The notes: generated by a model from the sequence alone, not told the origin. A DNA stretch of 64,000 nucleotides from Bacteroidales bacterium (GCA_031551625.1 JAVBNJ010000030.1:1592-65591), one strand, 5' to 3'. Counted from the stretch's first letter, positions 18,870-27,546 are shown. Program-made: numbers and translations.

Positions 18870-21683
18870 ATGGGATTAATGAAAACAAGATTAGTATCGC
18901 TTTTGGCATTGGTACTATGCATGGGAATTGCAATTCCCTCTTTTGCACAAACGTTGAAAGGCACGGTATACGATGCAAAAACAGATGAAACATTAGTAGG
19001 CGTAAACATATCGTACAAAGATAAAAACGGGAAAGTAAAAACAGCGCTCTCGGATGAAAACGGGTACTACGAAATGCCCATTGCCGATGGCAGCTGGATG
19101 ATTATTTTTACCTACATGGGATACGAAACCATTGCCAATCCGGTAGTCATTGCCAAAGGGCAAACGGAAACCCTCAATATTTACATGAACCAGCAAACAA
19201 ATCTGCTCGATGCAGTGGTGGTGAGTGTAGGCCGCTATGAACAGAAGGTAAGCGAAGTGACCGTATCGATGGAGGTGATGAAACCCGACGATATTGTAAA
19301 ACAAAATGCCACCGACCTCAGCGTAGCCATCAACACGCTGCCGGGAGTCGACGTCACAGACAAACAACCGTCTATCCGCGGAGGTAGCGGCTGGACGTAC
19401 GGTGTAGGCAGCCGCACACAGGTATTGGTCGACGGGATGTCGGTACTGGCGCCGGGCGTAGGCGAAGTAAACTGGAACATTGTGCCGATGGAAAACGTCG
19501 CACAGGTTGAAGTAATCAAAGGAGCTTCGTCGGTACTCTACGGTTCGTCGGCTCTCAACGGGCTTATCAACGTACGCACGGCACGCCCGAGCATTGAGCC
19601 GCAAACCAATATAAACGCTTATTTAGGTGTTTACGGAGATCCGCAAAATAAAGATTATGTGTGGTGGGGCGAAGAATTTTGGAAAGAAGGTAAATTCAAT
19701 GTTACGCCCTTATTGCGACGCAATGTACTTTACGGCATCCGCCAGCCGATATATAACGGGATTGACTTTTCGCACACTCGCCGCATTGGCGATGTCGATG
19801 TATCGGTAGGCATGGATTTGTTTACCAACGAAGGATATCGTGTCGATAACTACAACCAGCGTGTACGCATTGGCGGAAACATTACGTACCACGTGCCCAA
19901 CAAACCGGGTATGAGCTTTGGGCTAAACGCCAATTTCCTGTCGAACGATTATTCGGGATTCTTTATTTGGCGCTCGGCCGATGAACCGTATGTGCAATCG
20001 CCGATGACGAATATGAGCCGCCAAGGTAATGCTTTCTACATCGACCCGTTCTTCAACTACTACGACACCGACCGCGAGATGTCGCACAAAGTGAAAGCGC
20101 GCTTCTATCACAAGTCCGATGGTATTACGTCGCACTCGACCAGCAAAACAGCCACACAGATATTCGACCAGATGAATTTCGACATGGAGAAATTGCCCGA
20201 GTTGATGAATTTGGTACAAAACCCCGACCTGCTTATCAACGACCTGATGCAATTTGTACCCGACCTGTTGAATAACAATGCCGACGGGTTAGCTAATTAT
20301 TTCAAAGTAAATATCGGCGATAAATATTTCCCCGGCGCTACGTCGCCCGATTATGTCGATTTGCTGTCGTTCGTCATGGGACGCATGCCGTTTCCGCAAA
20401 ACCAGTCGGAAGCAGTGTCGTGGCTGTTGCACATCAACGAGCCGAAAGACCGTAGTACGCCGCCTGATAATACAACGTCTTATTTCCTCGACTACCAGTT
20501 CAACAAAAAGTATAACACCGCACAATTCACGGCCGGGCTTACATTCGATCATCTCTATAACCAATCGACCGTGAGCGGTCTGCACGAGAGTGACAATATT
20601 GCCGCCTATTTCCAATACGATCAGAAATTTTTTGAAAAACTAAATGTATCGGCAGGTATGCGGTTGGAATACTACCGCGTCGACTCCCTTTACCGCGAAG
20701 CCGAAATGAATGTACTTGGCCTCAACGTGCCGTTCACTCCGGTGTTCCGTTTCGGGCTCAACTACGAACTTACACCCTACACATTTCTTCGCGCATCGTT
20801 CGGACAAGGATACCGCTATCCCTCAATCACCGAAAAATTTGTATTTAAAGACATCGGGGGCATTGCTGCCTATCCAAATAAGGACTTGAAACCCGAAAGC
20901 GGTTATAACGCCGAAATCGGGCTGAAGCAAGGGTATAAAATCGGCAACTTCATGGGTTATCTCGATGTAGCCGGATTTTACACCCGCTATAATGACATGA
21001 TCGAATTTCAATTCGGACTTTTCAACAGCGAAACATTCGACTACATGAATAGCTTGTGGGACGTAATAGCCATGGTAACGGCTGGCGACATGCCCGGCCT
21101 CGGCACGCGCTTTGCCAACGTAAGCCGCGCACAAATCTACGGGGTCGACGCATCGGTAATGGGTATCTGGAAAATAAACCCTACTATGCAAATGTCTTAC
21201 AATGTGGGCTACACATTCATTGAGCCGATAGATATGGACTGGGAAGAAAAAGCCCAACACCAATCAACCGATCCGCTTGATTTCAAAGAAAAATCGAATG
21301 ATTCGAAATATCTGAAATACCGCCAGAAGCATTCGTTCAAAGCGGTAATGGATTTTGAGTGGAACCGCTTTACGATTGGCACCAACATGTGCTACAAATC
21401 AAAAACATTAGCGGTAGATTATTTCCTGGTAGACGAACGTCCGAAAGACCACATGGATATTATGGATGCTGTGCGCTCTATTATTTTCCCGGGCTTGCAC
21501 AACTATTGGGAAGACCACAACACCGGCTACTTTGCCATGGACGCACGTGTGGGTGTAGAAATTTCGAAGAAAATAAAAATGTGGTTTATCGTAAACAACC
21601 TGCTGAATACAGAGTATACGCTCCGACCGATGGACGTATCGCAGCCACGCACTTTTGTTTTCCAAGTGAACGCAAAAATATAA
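18870..21683 (+). CDS. TonB-dependent receptor with an N-terminal carboxypeptidase-regulatory-like domain
   Basis: 937 aa. TLKGTVYDAKTDETLVGVNI (CarboxypepD_reg), a plug domain (DAVVVS..., IRGGSG, VLVDGM) and a long beta-barrel. No SusD-like gene follows. Confidence 0.9.
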   Translation: MGLMKTRLVSLLALVLCMGIAIPSFAQTLKGTVYDAKTDETLVGVNISYKDKNGKVKTALSDENGYYEMPIADGSWMIIFTYMGYETIANPVVIAKGQTETLNIYMNQQTNLLDAVVVSVGRYEQKVSEVTVSMEVMKPDDIVKQNATDLSVAINTLPGVDVTDKQPSIRGGSGWTYGVGSRTQVLVDGMSVLAPGVGEVNWNIVPMENVAQVEVIKGASSVLYGSSALNGLINVRTARPSIEPQTNINAYLGVYGDPQNKDYVWWGEEFWKEGKFNVTPLLRRNVLYGIRQPIYNGIDFSHTRRIGDVDVSVGMDLFTNEGYRVDNYNQRVRIGGNITYHVPNKPGMSFGLNANFLSNDYSGFFIWRSADEPYVQSPMTNMSRQGNAFYIDPFFNYYDTDREMSHKVKARFYHKSDGITSHSTSKTATQIFDQMNFDMEKLPELMNLVQNPDLLINDLMQFVPDLLNNNADGLANYFKVNIGDKYFPGATSPDYVDLLSFVMGRMPFPQNQSEAVSWLLHINEPKDRSTPPDNTTSYFLDYQFNKKYNTAQFTAGLTFDHLYNQSTVSGLHESDNIAAYFQYDQKFFEKLNVSAGMRLEYYRVDSLYREAEMNVLGLNVPFTPVFRFGLNYELTPYTFLRASFGQGYRYPSITEKFVFKDIGGIAAYPNKDLKPESGYNAEIGLKQGYKIGNFMGYLDVAGFYTRYNDMIEFQFGLFNSETFDYMNSLWDVIAMVTAGDMPGLGTRFANVSRAQIYGVDASVMGIWKINPTMQMSYNVGYTFIEPIDMDWEEKAQHQSTDPLDFKEKSNDSKYLKYRQKHSFKAVMDFEWNRFTIGTNMCYKSKTLAVDYFLVDERPKDHMDIMDAVRSIIFPGLHNYWEDHNTGYFAMDARVGVEISKKIKMWFIVNNLLNTEYTLRPMDVSQPRTFVFQVNAKI

Positions 21684-21687
21684 TATC

Positions 21688-21750
21688 ACAGTAACAGTCC
21701 ACAGATTAACACAGATTTTCATTCTATTTAATTTGTGGACTCTGTGGACA
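21688..21750 (+). repeat. CACAGATT-family 3-prime repeat after the TonB-dependent receptor gene
   Basis: CACAGTAACAGTCCACAGATTAACACAGATTTT, then the inverted CTCTGTGGAC, which can pair GTCCACAG/CTGTGGAC. Confidence 0.6.
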
Positions 21751-21763
21751 AAAGGTAGTTGAT

Positions 21764-22573
21764 ATGGAATTTTTTACAATGTCTCACAATATTCCCGTGC
21801 ATGTAAATGATACGGGTGGCAAAAATCCGGTTATTGTATTGCTGCACGGCTATATGGAAACCATTGCCATTTGGGACGAGTTTGTAGCCAGCATTCCGAA
21901 AGATTACCGCATCGTCCGCCTCGACTTACCCGGTCACGGCCTCACCGGCACGCCCGATAGGGAGGTTATTTCCGTTGATTTTTCGGCTCAAGTGGTCCAC
22001 GATGTATTACAACAGGCCGGTATCGAGAAATGTATTATTTGCGGCCACTCCATGGGTGGCTATGTAGCGTTGGCATTTGCGGCACAATTTCCCGGAAGCA
22101 CAAATGCATTATGCCTTTTCAGCTCCACTCCCAACCCCGATGCTCCTGAAAAAAAGGAAGGCCGCCTGCGCGAAATAGAATTGATTAAATCGGGCAAGCT
22201 GCTGTTAGCCGCTGCCCACGGCATTCCGAACATGTACGCCCCCGGCAATGATAAAAAGTTTGCCGAAAAAATAGAAGAAACCAAAGAGATTGCTGAAATT
22301 CACGAACCCGATGGCATCATTGGCTGCCTGCGCGGCATGATGGAGCGCCCCGATCGCAACGAGTTTCTCACTTCGCTCAACAAACCGCTGCTGTTTATCT
22401 TCGGCAAGCAAGACCGTTTCATTACCCTGGAAACGGCCCAAGGATTGGCCGCCAAATACCCGCAAGCAAAAGTGGTGTGGCTCGACAACTCCGGACACAA
22501 TGGTTTTATCGAAGAAACAGCTGCCTGCTCCGAAGGTTTTCTGGAATTTGCGAAAACCGTTTACTCAATGTAG
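21764..22573 (+). CDS. alpha/beta hydrolase
   Basis: VLLHGY, nucleophile elbow GHSMGG, and a C-terminal GH. The start could instead be the Met at 21779. Confidence 0.85.
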   Translation: MEFFTMSHNIPVHVNDTGGKNPVIVLLHGYMETIAIWDEFVASIPKDYRIVRLDLPGHGLTGTPDREVISVDFSAQVVHDVLQQAGIEKCIICGHSMGGYVALAFAAQFPGSTNALCLFSSTPNPDAPEKKEGRLREIELIKSGKLLLAAAHGIPNMYAPGNDKKFAEKIEETKEIAEIHEPDGIIGCLRGMMERPDRNEFLTSLNKPLLFIFGKQDRFITLETAQGLAAKYPQAKVVWLDNSGHNGFIEETAACSEGFLEFAKTVYSM

Positions 22574-22601
22574 TGAGTAAATCACTTTAGACTAAATTCG
22601 C

Positions 22602-22609
22602 TATCTTTG
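22602..22609 (+). promoter_or_regulatory. -7 promoter box for the fic gene
   Basis: TATCTTTG, 12 nt upstream of ATG 22621. Confidence 0.4.
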
Positions 22610-22620
22610 TATTTCAACAA

Positions 22621-23610
22621 ATGACTACTTTTTTTACATATAATCCATTGTGGCACGAGCAAATCGGAAAGATTTATGCGCAGCTGGAACGTGTAAAAAT
22701 TACCGAAGAACTATCGAAAGATTTGCTGCACCTGCGAAGAAGCAATCGGATTCTTTCTATCAGTTCCACCACTGCTATTGAAGGCAACCAGCTTACCGTG
22801 CAGCAGGTTTTTGATGTGATTAACGGCAAAGTTGTCTTGGCTCCTTTGCACGATATTAAAGAAGTTAAAAACGCCTTCTCTGCTTACGAGCAAATTCCCG
22901 ATTTAGACCCATATTGTGTAGCCGATTTTCTGAAAGCCCATAATTTTATTACCGAAAATCTTGTTCAGGAGGCCGGGCAATTCCGCACCGTTGGCGTAGC
23001 GGTGGTTGATAGCAAAGGCGAAATTTTACATTCCGGAGCAGATTTTAAACAAGTGCCGACATTGACGGCCGAACTATTTGAATGGGCTAAAACGACCGAT
23101 GCGCATGCGCTTATCAAAAGTTCGGCCATGCATTTTATGATCGAATATATCCACCCTTTCCGCGACGGTAACGGGCGAATTGGGCGACTTTGGCAAACGC
23201 TTGTGCTAAACAAGTGGAATCCGGTGTTTGAGTGGTTACCTGTAGAAACGATGATTTACCACAATCAGGCAAAATACTACGAGGCGTTGCAGCAATCGCA
23301 TAATGGCCATGGAGCAATTGATTGTCGTCCATTTATTGACTTTATGATTGATGTGATTGAAAAATCTATGTATCAATATACAGACACAATAAATGGTGGT
23401 TTAAATGGTGGTTTAAATAGTGGTTTAAATGAAACTGAGAAAGCGATTATTTCTTTAATCAAAGAAAACTCACATGCCAGAACTTTCGAAATGGCGCAGA
23501 AATTATTGAAGCCGGTTCGCACCATCGAAAATAATCTACGACAATTAAAAGAAAAAGGAATAATAACCCGTATAGGCAGCAAAAAAACCGGTTATTGGGA
23601 AATAAATTAG
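22621..23610 (+). CDS. Fic family protein (AMPylase-type) with a C-terminal winged-helix domain
   Basis: Active-site HPFRDGNGRIGR. An N-terminal TTAIEG matches the (S/T)xxxE(G/N) auto-inhibitory motif. The C-terminus contains ...RQLKEKGIITRIGSKKTGYWEI. Confidence 0.9.
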   Translation: MTTFFTYNPLWHEQIGKIYAQLERVKITEELSKDLLHLRRSNRILSISSTTAIEGNQLTVQQVFDVINGKVVLAPLHDIKEVKNAFSAYEQIPDLDPYCVADFLKAHNFITENLVQEAGQFRTVGVAVVDSKGEILHSGADFKQVPTLTAELFEWAKTTDAHALIKSSAMHFMIEYIHPFRDGNGRIGRLWQTLVLNKWNPVFEWLPVETMIYHNQAKYYEALQQSHNGHGAIDCRPFIDFMIDVIEKSMYQYTDTINGGLNGGLNSGLNETEKAIISLIKENSHARTFEMAQKLLKPVRTIENNLRQLKEKGIITRIGSKKTGYWEIN

Positions 23611-23679
23611 CTGCCAATTTATCACAAAAAATTACTCGATATTGAGTAAATCAATTTTTCCGCAAATTTTGTAAATTTA

Positions 23680-23711
23680 TTTGCAAATGTAAAAACAATC
23701 TTTTACATTTG
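23680..23711 (+). promoter_or_regulatory. promoter (-33 TTTG / -7 TACATTTG) driving leader copy 1
   Basis: TTTG at 23680-23683, a 20-nt spacer, then TACATTTG at 23704-23711. The same box occurs in copy 2. Confidence 0.5.
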
Positions 23712-24122
23712 TGCAGGAATAGTTACGTTCTTTTCATCCGGTATATTCTATCTTTAGAAACCTAACAAATTTCAAGTCATAGTTTAGAATGTAAGCGACC
23801 GCACCATGTGCGTGGCTTTGGTTTATTTTACTATGACAGGTTTTGTTAGGACCTCTAAAGATGATAAATAAAAGCCGCGTTTTTATTTGATTATAAGTGA
23901 ATCTATGAAAACAGGCTACGGTTTAAAATCGTAGCAAGGAGTTGTTATTTCAATTAAAAATTGAAAATGAAAAATTATGAATGAATGTAGTAGAGGGAAT
24001 TGGTTTTATCGTTTGTGTTTGTTTCTACAAGCCAATTCCCGAAGCTGCAACATAAAGAGGAGTTGTTTTGCTCCTTGCAATAACGACTAAAAAATTAGTT
24101 AAACATTAAAATATATAAAGCC
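23712..24122 (+). promoter_or_regulatory. long structured 5-prime leader, copy 1 (candidate cis-regulatory RNA)
   Basis: No ORF of 60 aa or more. Nested helices at 23750-23769/23842-23862, 23776-23783/23830-23837 and 23930-23941/24071-24085. Homologous to 53740-54123, with compensatory changes in the helix arms. Confidence 0.55.
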
Positions 24123-25154
24123 ATGAAAAAACAGATTTTCTTTTTTGCGACCATGCTCCTAAGCATCATTTCAGTTGCACAACAACGCACATTCACAAAA
24201 TCGGTAAGCACGAACTATACTGCCAAGCAGGTTACGTTTACTATTTCGTGGGCGGCGGGAAGTCGTGGAACATATAGCGAAAAAGTGTACAATTCCAAAG
24301 TGTGGGTGCTGGTCGATTACCAGGAAGTCCGCAATGGAGTTCCTTCCGGTAATTGGCAGCGGGCCACTATTGATGTTACTAATTTGCCGGCTAATTGCAC
24401 GAAAGAAGGACTAATTACTACAGGCTTTTGGTATCAAGGGCAGACGAGTGGTGCGCAAAATGCAACTATTACAGTAAAACTTACCAATGTACCTGCACAA
24501 TTCAAGTGGTGTGCTTTTGCAACCGATTATCCGCCCAATGCTACCTATAGCAATGGAAGCTATACATTGCAAGGGACACCTCCATTTGAAATTATTTATA
24601 ATAGCGGCAATACCACAACTACAAACAACCGATTTTTTTCTGCGGGTACTATTACTGCCGTTACAGATGCAACGAAGTGCCCCGGAATCATTAATTGTGC
24701 AGGACGCGATCAACTGAACGTCTCCTCTTGTTGTCCCGGGTTGACCGTTGTTGGGGGCTACTGCCGGAACCTGAATGCCGATAATGCTTTCATTGCAGCC
24801 GATTGCGGAATCGAAATTAAAAAAGTGGATGGAACAAATAGCAATTGGACTTGTGAAAACGGATGGCGATTGCCCTCGGTGGCAGAGCTGAAATGTATAC
24901 AGAGAAACCTGCCTTCCACAGGCATGGCCATGCCTGCGAAAACATACAGAACAAACGAAGATGCTAATTGGGATTATTCTTGCGCCGCCTGCCATGGGGG
25001 TACGCAAGCTGTTTATGTAATTTTCAGCGCAACTATTGGTTCTTGGTGTCAACTTTGCGGAATTTGGAACCCTGCTGCCGGAAATGCAGTCCGGTTAGGC
25101 TCCTCTGCTTATCTATACGATGCTGTATCTAATAGTTACCGTTGTGTCCGTTAA
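24123..25154 (+). CDS. secreted surface protein with an N-terminal domain shared with 54124-56187 and a C-type-lectin-like (DUF1566/FISUMP-like) C-terminus
   Basis: Signal peptide. N-domain QVTFTISW..WVLVDYQ..WQRATI..TVKLTNVPAQFKWCAFATDYPPNAT. C-terminal GWRLPSVAELKCI ... YRCVR. Confidence 0.65.
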   Translation: MKKQIFFFATMLLSIISVAQQRTFTKSVSTNYTAKQVTFTISWAAGSRGTYSEKVYNSKVWVLVDYQEVRNGVPSGNWQRATIDVTNLPANCTKEGLITTGFWYQGQTSGAQNATITVKLTNVPAQFKWCAFATDYPPNATYSNGSYTLQGTPPFEIIYNSGNTTTTNNRFFSAGTITAVTDATKCPGIINCAGRDQLNVSSCCPGLTVVGGYCRNLNADNAFIAADCGIEIKKVDGTNSNWTCENGWRLPSVAELKCIQRNLPSTGMAMPAKTYRTNEDANWDYSCAACHGGTQAVYVIFSATIGSWCQLCGIWNPAAGNAVRLGSSAYLYDAVSNSYRCVR

Positions 25155-25159
25155 AAAAC

Positions 25160-25209
25160 CACAAACCCTAACAGATTCTGACATCTGTTAGGGTTTGTGT
25201 TCATTTTTA
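25160..25209 (+). terminator. intrinsic terminator after gene 24123-25154
   Basis: 17-bp perfect stem CACAAACCCTAACAGAT/ATCTGTTAGGGTTTGTG with a 6-nt loop, followed by TTCATTTTT. Confidence 0.7.
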
Positions 25210-25330
25210 TACTTCCACACTTTAACTATTCCGGTCGGTAGCCGTTGTTACAACTTTATTTTCACCGGTCAACGTAATGTCATAGTTGTAACATGTATCC
25301 ATATATACCGCTTTTTTTAATACCTTATAT

Positions 25331-26536
25331 TCACCATAAAAAATTATTGAACGGATAGCGCCCCGCGTGTATCTCCGCCACCATTTTGTAAATATCGTTG
25401 CGAAGTTTTTCGACATTCGTTTTTTGCTTGGCCGAAATAAAAATGCACGGTGCATGCAAGCTATGCATCCAGGTCTTTTTCAATTCGTCGAGCGAAATAT
25501 TTTCGCGCGTAGCCGGCGTGTGGTCGAACTCGTCTTTCTCGACAAAGCGGTAGGCATCAATTTTGTTAAATACTAAATAAGTCGGCTTATCTTTTGCCCC
25601 TATTTCCTGCAATGTTTGCTTCACTACGTTCAATTGTTCTTCGAAATTCGGATGCGAAATATCTACCACATGTACCAAAATATCGGCCTCGCGCACCTCG
25701 TCGAGCGTGCTCTTGAACGATTCCACCAACTGGTGCGGCAACTTGCGGATAAAGCCCACCGTGTCGCTCAGCAGGAACGGCACATTGTCGATAACCACTT
25801 TGCGTACCGTTGTATCGAGCGTGGCAAACAATTTATTTTCGGCAAATACCTCGCTTTTGGCCAGCAGGTTCATAATGGTGCTCTTGCCCACGTTGGTATA
25901 ACCCACCAGCGAAAGGCGCACCATGTTGCCACGGTTGCCGCGCTGCGACGCCATTTGCCGGTCAATTTTTTTCAACTGTTCTTTCAGGTACGCAATTTTC
26001 GTGAGCACAATACGGCGGTCGGTTTCAATCTGTGTTTCGCCCGGGCCGCGCATAGTAACCCCTCCCCCACGTTGCCGCTCCAAGTGTGTCCACATCCCGG
26101 TAAGGCGCGGCAACAGGTACTGGTACTGCGCCAGCTCCACCTGTGTTTTGGCATACGCTGTTTTGGCGCGCTGTGCAAAAATCATCAAGATAAGCTGTGT
26201 GCGATCGAGGATGCTGCATTCCAACGCTTTTTCGATATTGCGCAACTGCGAAGGTTTTAGTTCATCGTCGAAAATCACGGTTTTAATTTCGTGTTCCTTG
26301 ATATAAGCCGCAATCTCCTCGAGCTTGCCGGTACCCACATACGTTTTGGGCTGTGCATAATCGAGCCGCTGCGTGAAACGCTTCACGGCATCAACGCCGG
26401 CTGTCTCGGCAAGAAACGCCAATTCATCCAAATACTCGGCCGATTTTTCATCGTCCTGCTGCGGAGTAATCAACCCCACCAGCACGGCTGTTTGCGGCGT
26501 ATCGTCGACCGTAGAATATGTTTTTTTTTCTATCAT
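25331..26536 (-). CDS. hflX: GTPase HflX
   Basis: HflX N-domain followed by G1 GYTNVGKST, G3 DTVGF and G4 NKID. 401 aa. Confidence 0.95.
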   Translation of the reverse strand: MIEKKTYSTVDDTPQTAVLVGLITPQQDDEKSAEYLDELAFLAETAGVDAVKRFTQRLDYAQPKTYVGTGKLEEIAAYIKEHEIKTVIFDDELKPSQLRNIEKALECSILDRTQLILMIFAQRAKTAYAKTQVELAQYQYLLPRLTGMWTHLERQRGGGVTMRGPGETQIETDRRIVLTKIAYLKEQLKKIDRQMASQRGNRGNMVRLSLVGYTNVGKSTIMNLLAKSEVFAENKLFATLDTTVRKVVIDNVPFLLSDTVGFIRKLPHQLVESFKSTLDEVREADILVHVVDISHPNFEEQLNVVKQTLQEIGAKDKPTYLVFNKIDAYRFVEKDEFDHTPATRENISLDELKKTWMHSLHAPCIFISAKQKTNVEKLRNDIYKMVAEIHAGRYPFNNFLW

Positions 26537-26556
26537 AACAATTCATCATTAAATGC

Positions 26557-26590
26557 AAAAAGTTGCCATCGGTTAAGAAAGCAACTTTTT
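26557..26590 (-). terminator. terminator hairpin downstream of tRNA-Ala
   Basis: On the minus strand AAAAAGTTGC-loop-GCAACTTTTT lies directly 3-prime of the tRNA. Confidence 0.55.
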
Positions 26591-26595
26591 CCGGG

Positions 26596-26669
26596 TGGAG
26601 GATATCGGAGTCGAACCGATGACCTCGTGCATGCCATGCAAGCGCTCTAGCCAACTGAGCTAATCCCCC
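26596..26669 (-). tRNA. tRNA-Ala (anticodon GGC)
   Basis: Hand-folded cloverleaf GGGGGAT-TA-GCTC-AGTTGGCTA-GAGC-G-CTTGC-ATGGCAT-GCACG-AGGTC-ATCGG-TTCGACT-CCGAT-ATCCTCC-A. The G3:U70 Ala identity pair is present. There is one T:C mismatch at 28:42 in the anticodon stem. CCA is not encoded. Confidence 0.88.
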
Positions 26670-26691
26670 TTATTCTTTTTATTTGGGACAA

Positions 26692-26699
26692 CAAAAGTA
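26692..26699 (-). promoter_or_regulatory. -7 promoter box for tRNA-Ala
   Basis: TACTTTTG on the minus strand, 23 nt upstream of the tRNA 5-prime end. Confidence 0.4.
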
Positions 26700-26763
26700 C
26701 AACATTTTTTGGATATGCACAAAATATTTTGCACCTTTGTTCGTCTGAAATACACAATAGCGC

Positions 26764-27546
26764 ATGTTACACTACCAACAATATCGTCATTCCACGTCGA
26801 AAGAATGGGTTGTTTTCCTGCACGGGGCAGGCGGTAGTTCGGCAATTTGGTTTAAGCAAATACGGGCATTTAACGAACATTTCAATCTGTTGCTCATTGA
26901 CCTGAAGGGGCATGGAAAATCCATCGGGAAAATGCCTTTTACACCACATTACAACTTTCGCGACATTGCACTTGATGTACTCGAAGTGCTCGACCATCTG
27001 GACCTCAAACACACGCATTTCATAGGTGTATCGCTAGGCACCATACTCATTCGCGAAATTGCCGAAATTGATGCTTCGCGCATAAAAAGCATGCTGCTCG
27101 TAGGGGCCGTAGTACGCCTCAACTTCCGTTCACGTTTCCTCATCAATGTGGGTGCGGCCGTGCGCCACCTGGTACCCTATATGTGGATATACCGATTGTA
27201 TGCAAATGTGCTAATGCCCAAAAAACGGCACAAAGCCTCGCGTAACATGTTTATTCGCGACGCCATGAAATTAAAGCAAAAAGAATTCCTGCGCTGGTTT
27301 ACGCTCACGGCCGATGTATCGCCGTTGCTGCGTTTCTTCCGCCTTACGGAACTGCCTATTCCCACGCTTTACGTATTGGGCGACGAAGATTACATGTTCC
27401 TGCCGCAAGTGAAAGCGTTGCTAAAAACACACGACACACATTCGTCGCTCATCGTAATTCCCAACGCCGGCCACATCTGCAATGTCGACAATGCACAAGT
27501 GTTCAACCATGTGGCTGTGGAGTTTTTGCAACGGCACTCGGAGTAA
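26764..27546 (+). CDS. alpha/beta hydrolase
   Basis: VVFLHGAGGS, nucleophile elbow GVSLGT, and a C-terminal PNAGH. Confidence 0.85.
   Translation: MLHYQQYRHSTSKEWVVFLHGAGGSSAIWFKQIRAFNEHFNLLLIDLKGHGKSIGKMPFTPHYNFRDIALDVLEVLDHLDLKHTHFIGVSLGTILIREIAEIDASRIKSMLLVGAVVRLNFRSRFLINVGAAVRHLVPYMWIYRLYANVLMPKKRHKASRNMFIRDAMKLKQKEFLRWFTLTADVSPLLRFFRLTELPIPTLYVLGDEDYMFLPQVKALLKTHDTHSSLIVIPNAGHICNVDNAQVFNHVAVEFLQRHSE

Noticed and set aside
23391-23430. A 12-nt tandem repeat (AATGGTGGTTTA x3, encoding NGGL NGGL NSGL) in fic, considered as a phase-variation tract.
   Set aside because: The unit length is a multiple of three, so copy-number change would not switch the frame. There are only three imperfect copies. 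It is more likely a flexible linker.
23750-23862. The leader inverted repeats (P1 arms) as the ends of a phase-variable invertible promoter segment.
   Set aside because: The predicted promoter lies upstream of the repeats and not between them. The enclosed segment is only about 70 bp. No site-specific recombinase gene is nearby. The two paralogous copies preserve pairing with different sequences, which fits RNA structure better. The idea was not formally excluded.
24990-25154. A diversity-generating retroelement acting on the lectin-like C-termini of genes 24123-25154 and 54124-56187.
   Set aside because: I could find no near-identical template repeat of either C-terminal region anywhere in the window. 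There is no reverse transcriptase gene. A DGR elsewhere in the genome cannot be excluded.
25222-25302. A small minus-strand ORF (MDTCYNYDITLTGENKVVTTATDRNS) downstream of hflX.
   Set aside because: It is only 26 codons, has no recognisable promoter box or family resemblance, and lies in a spacer that also holds the terminator of the convergent gene. The evidence is insufficient.
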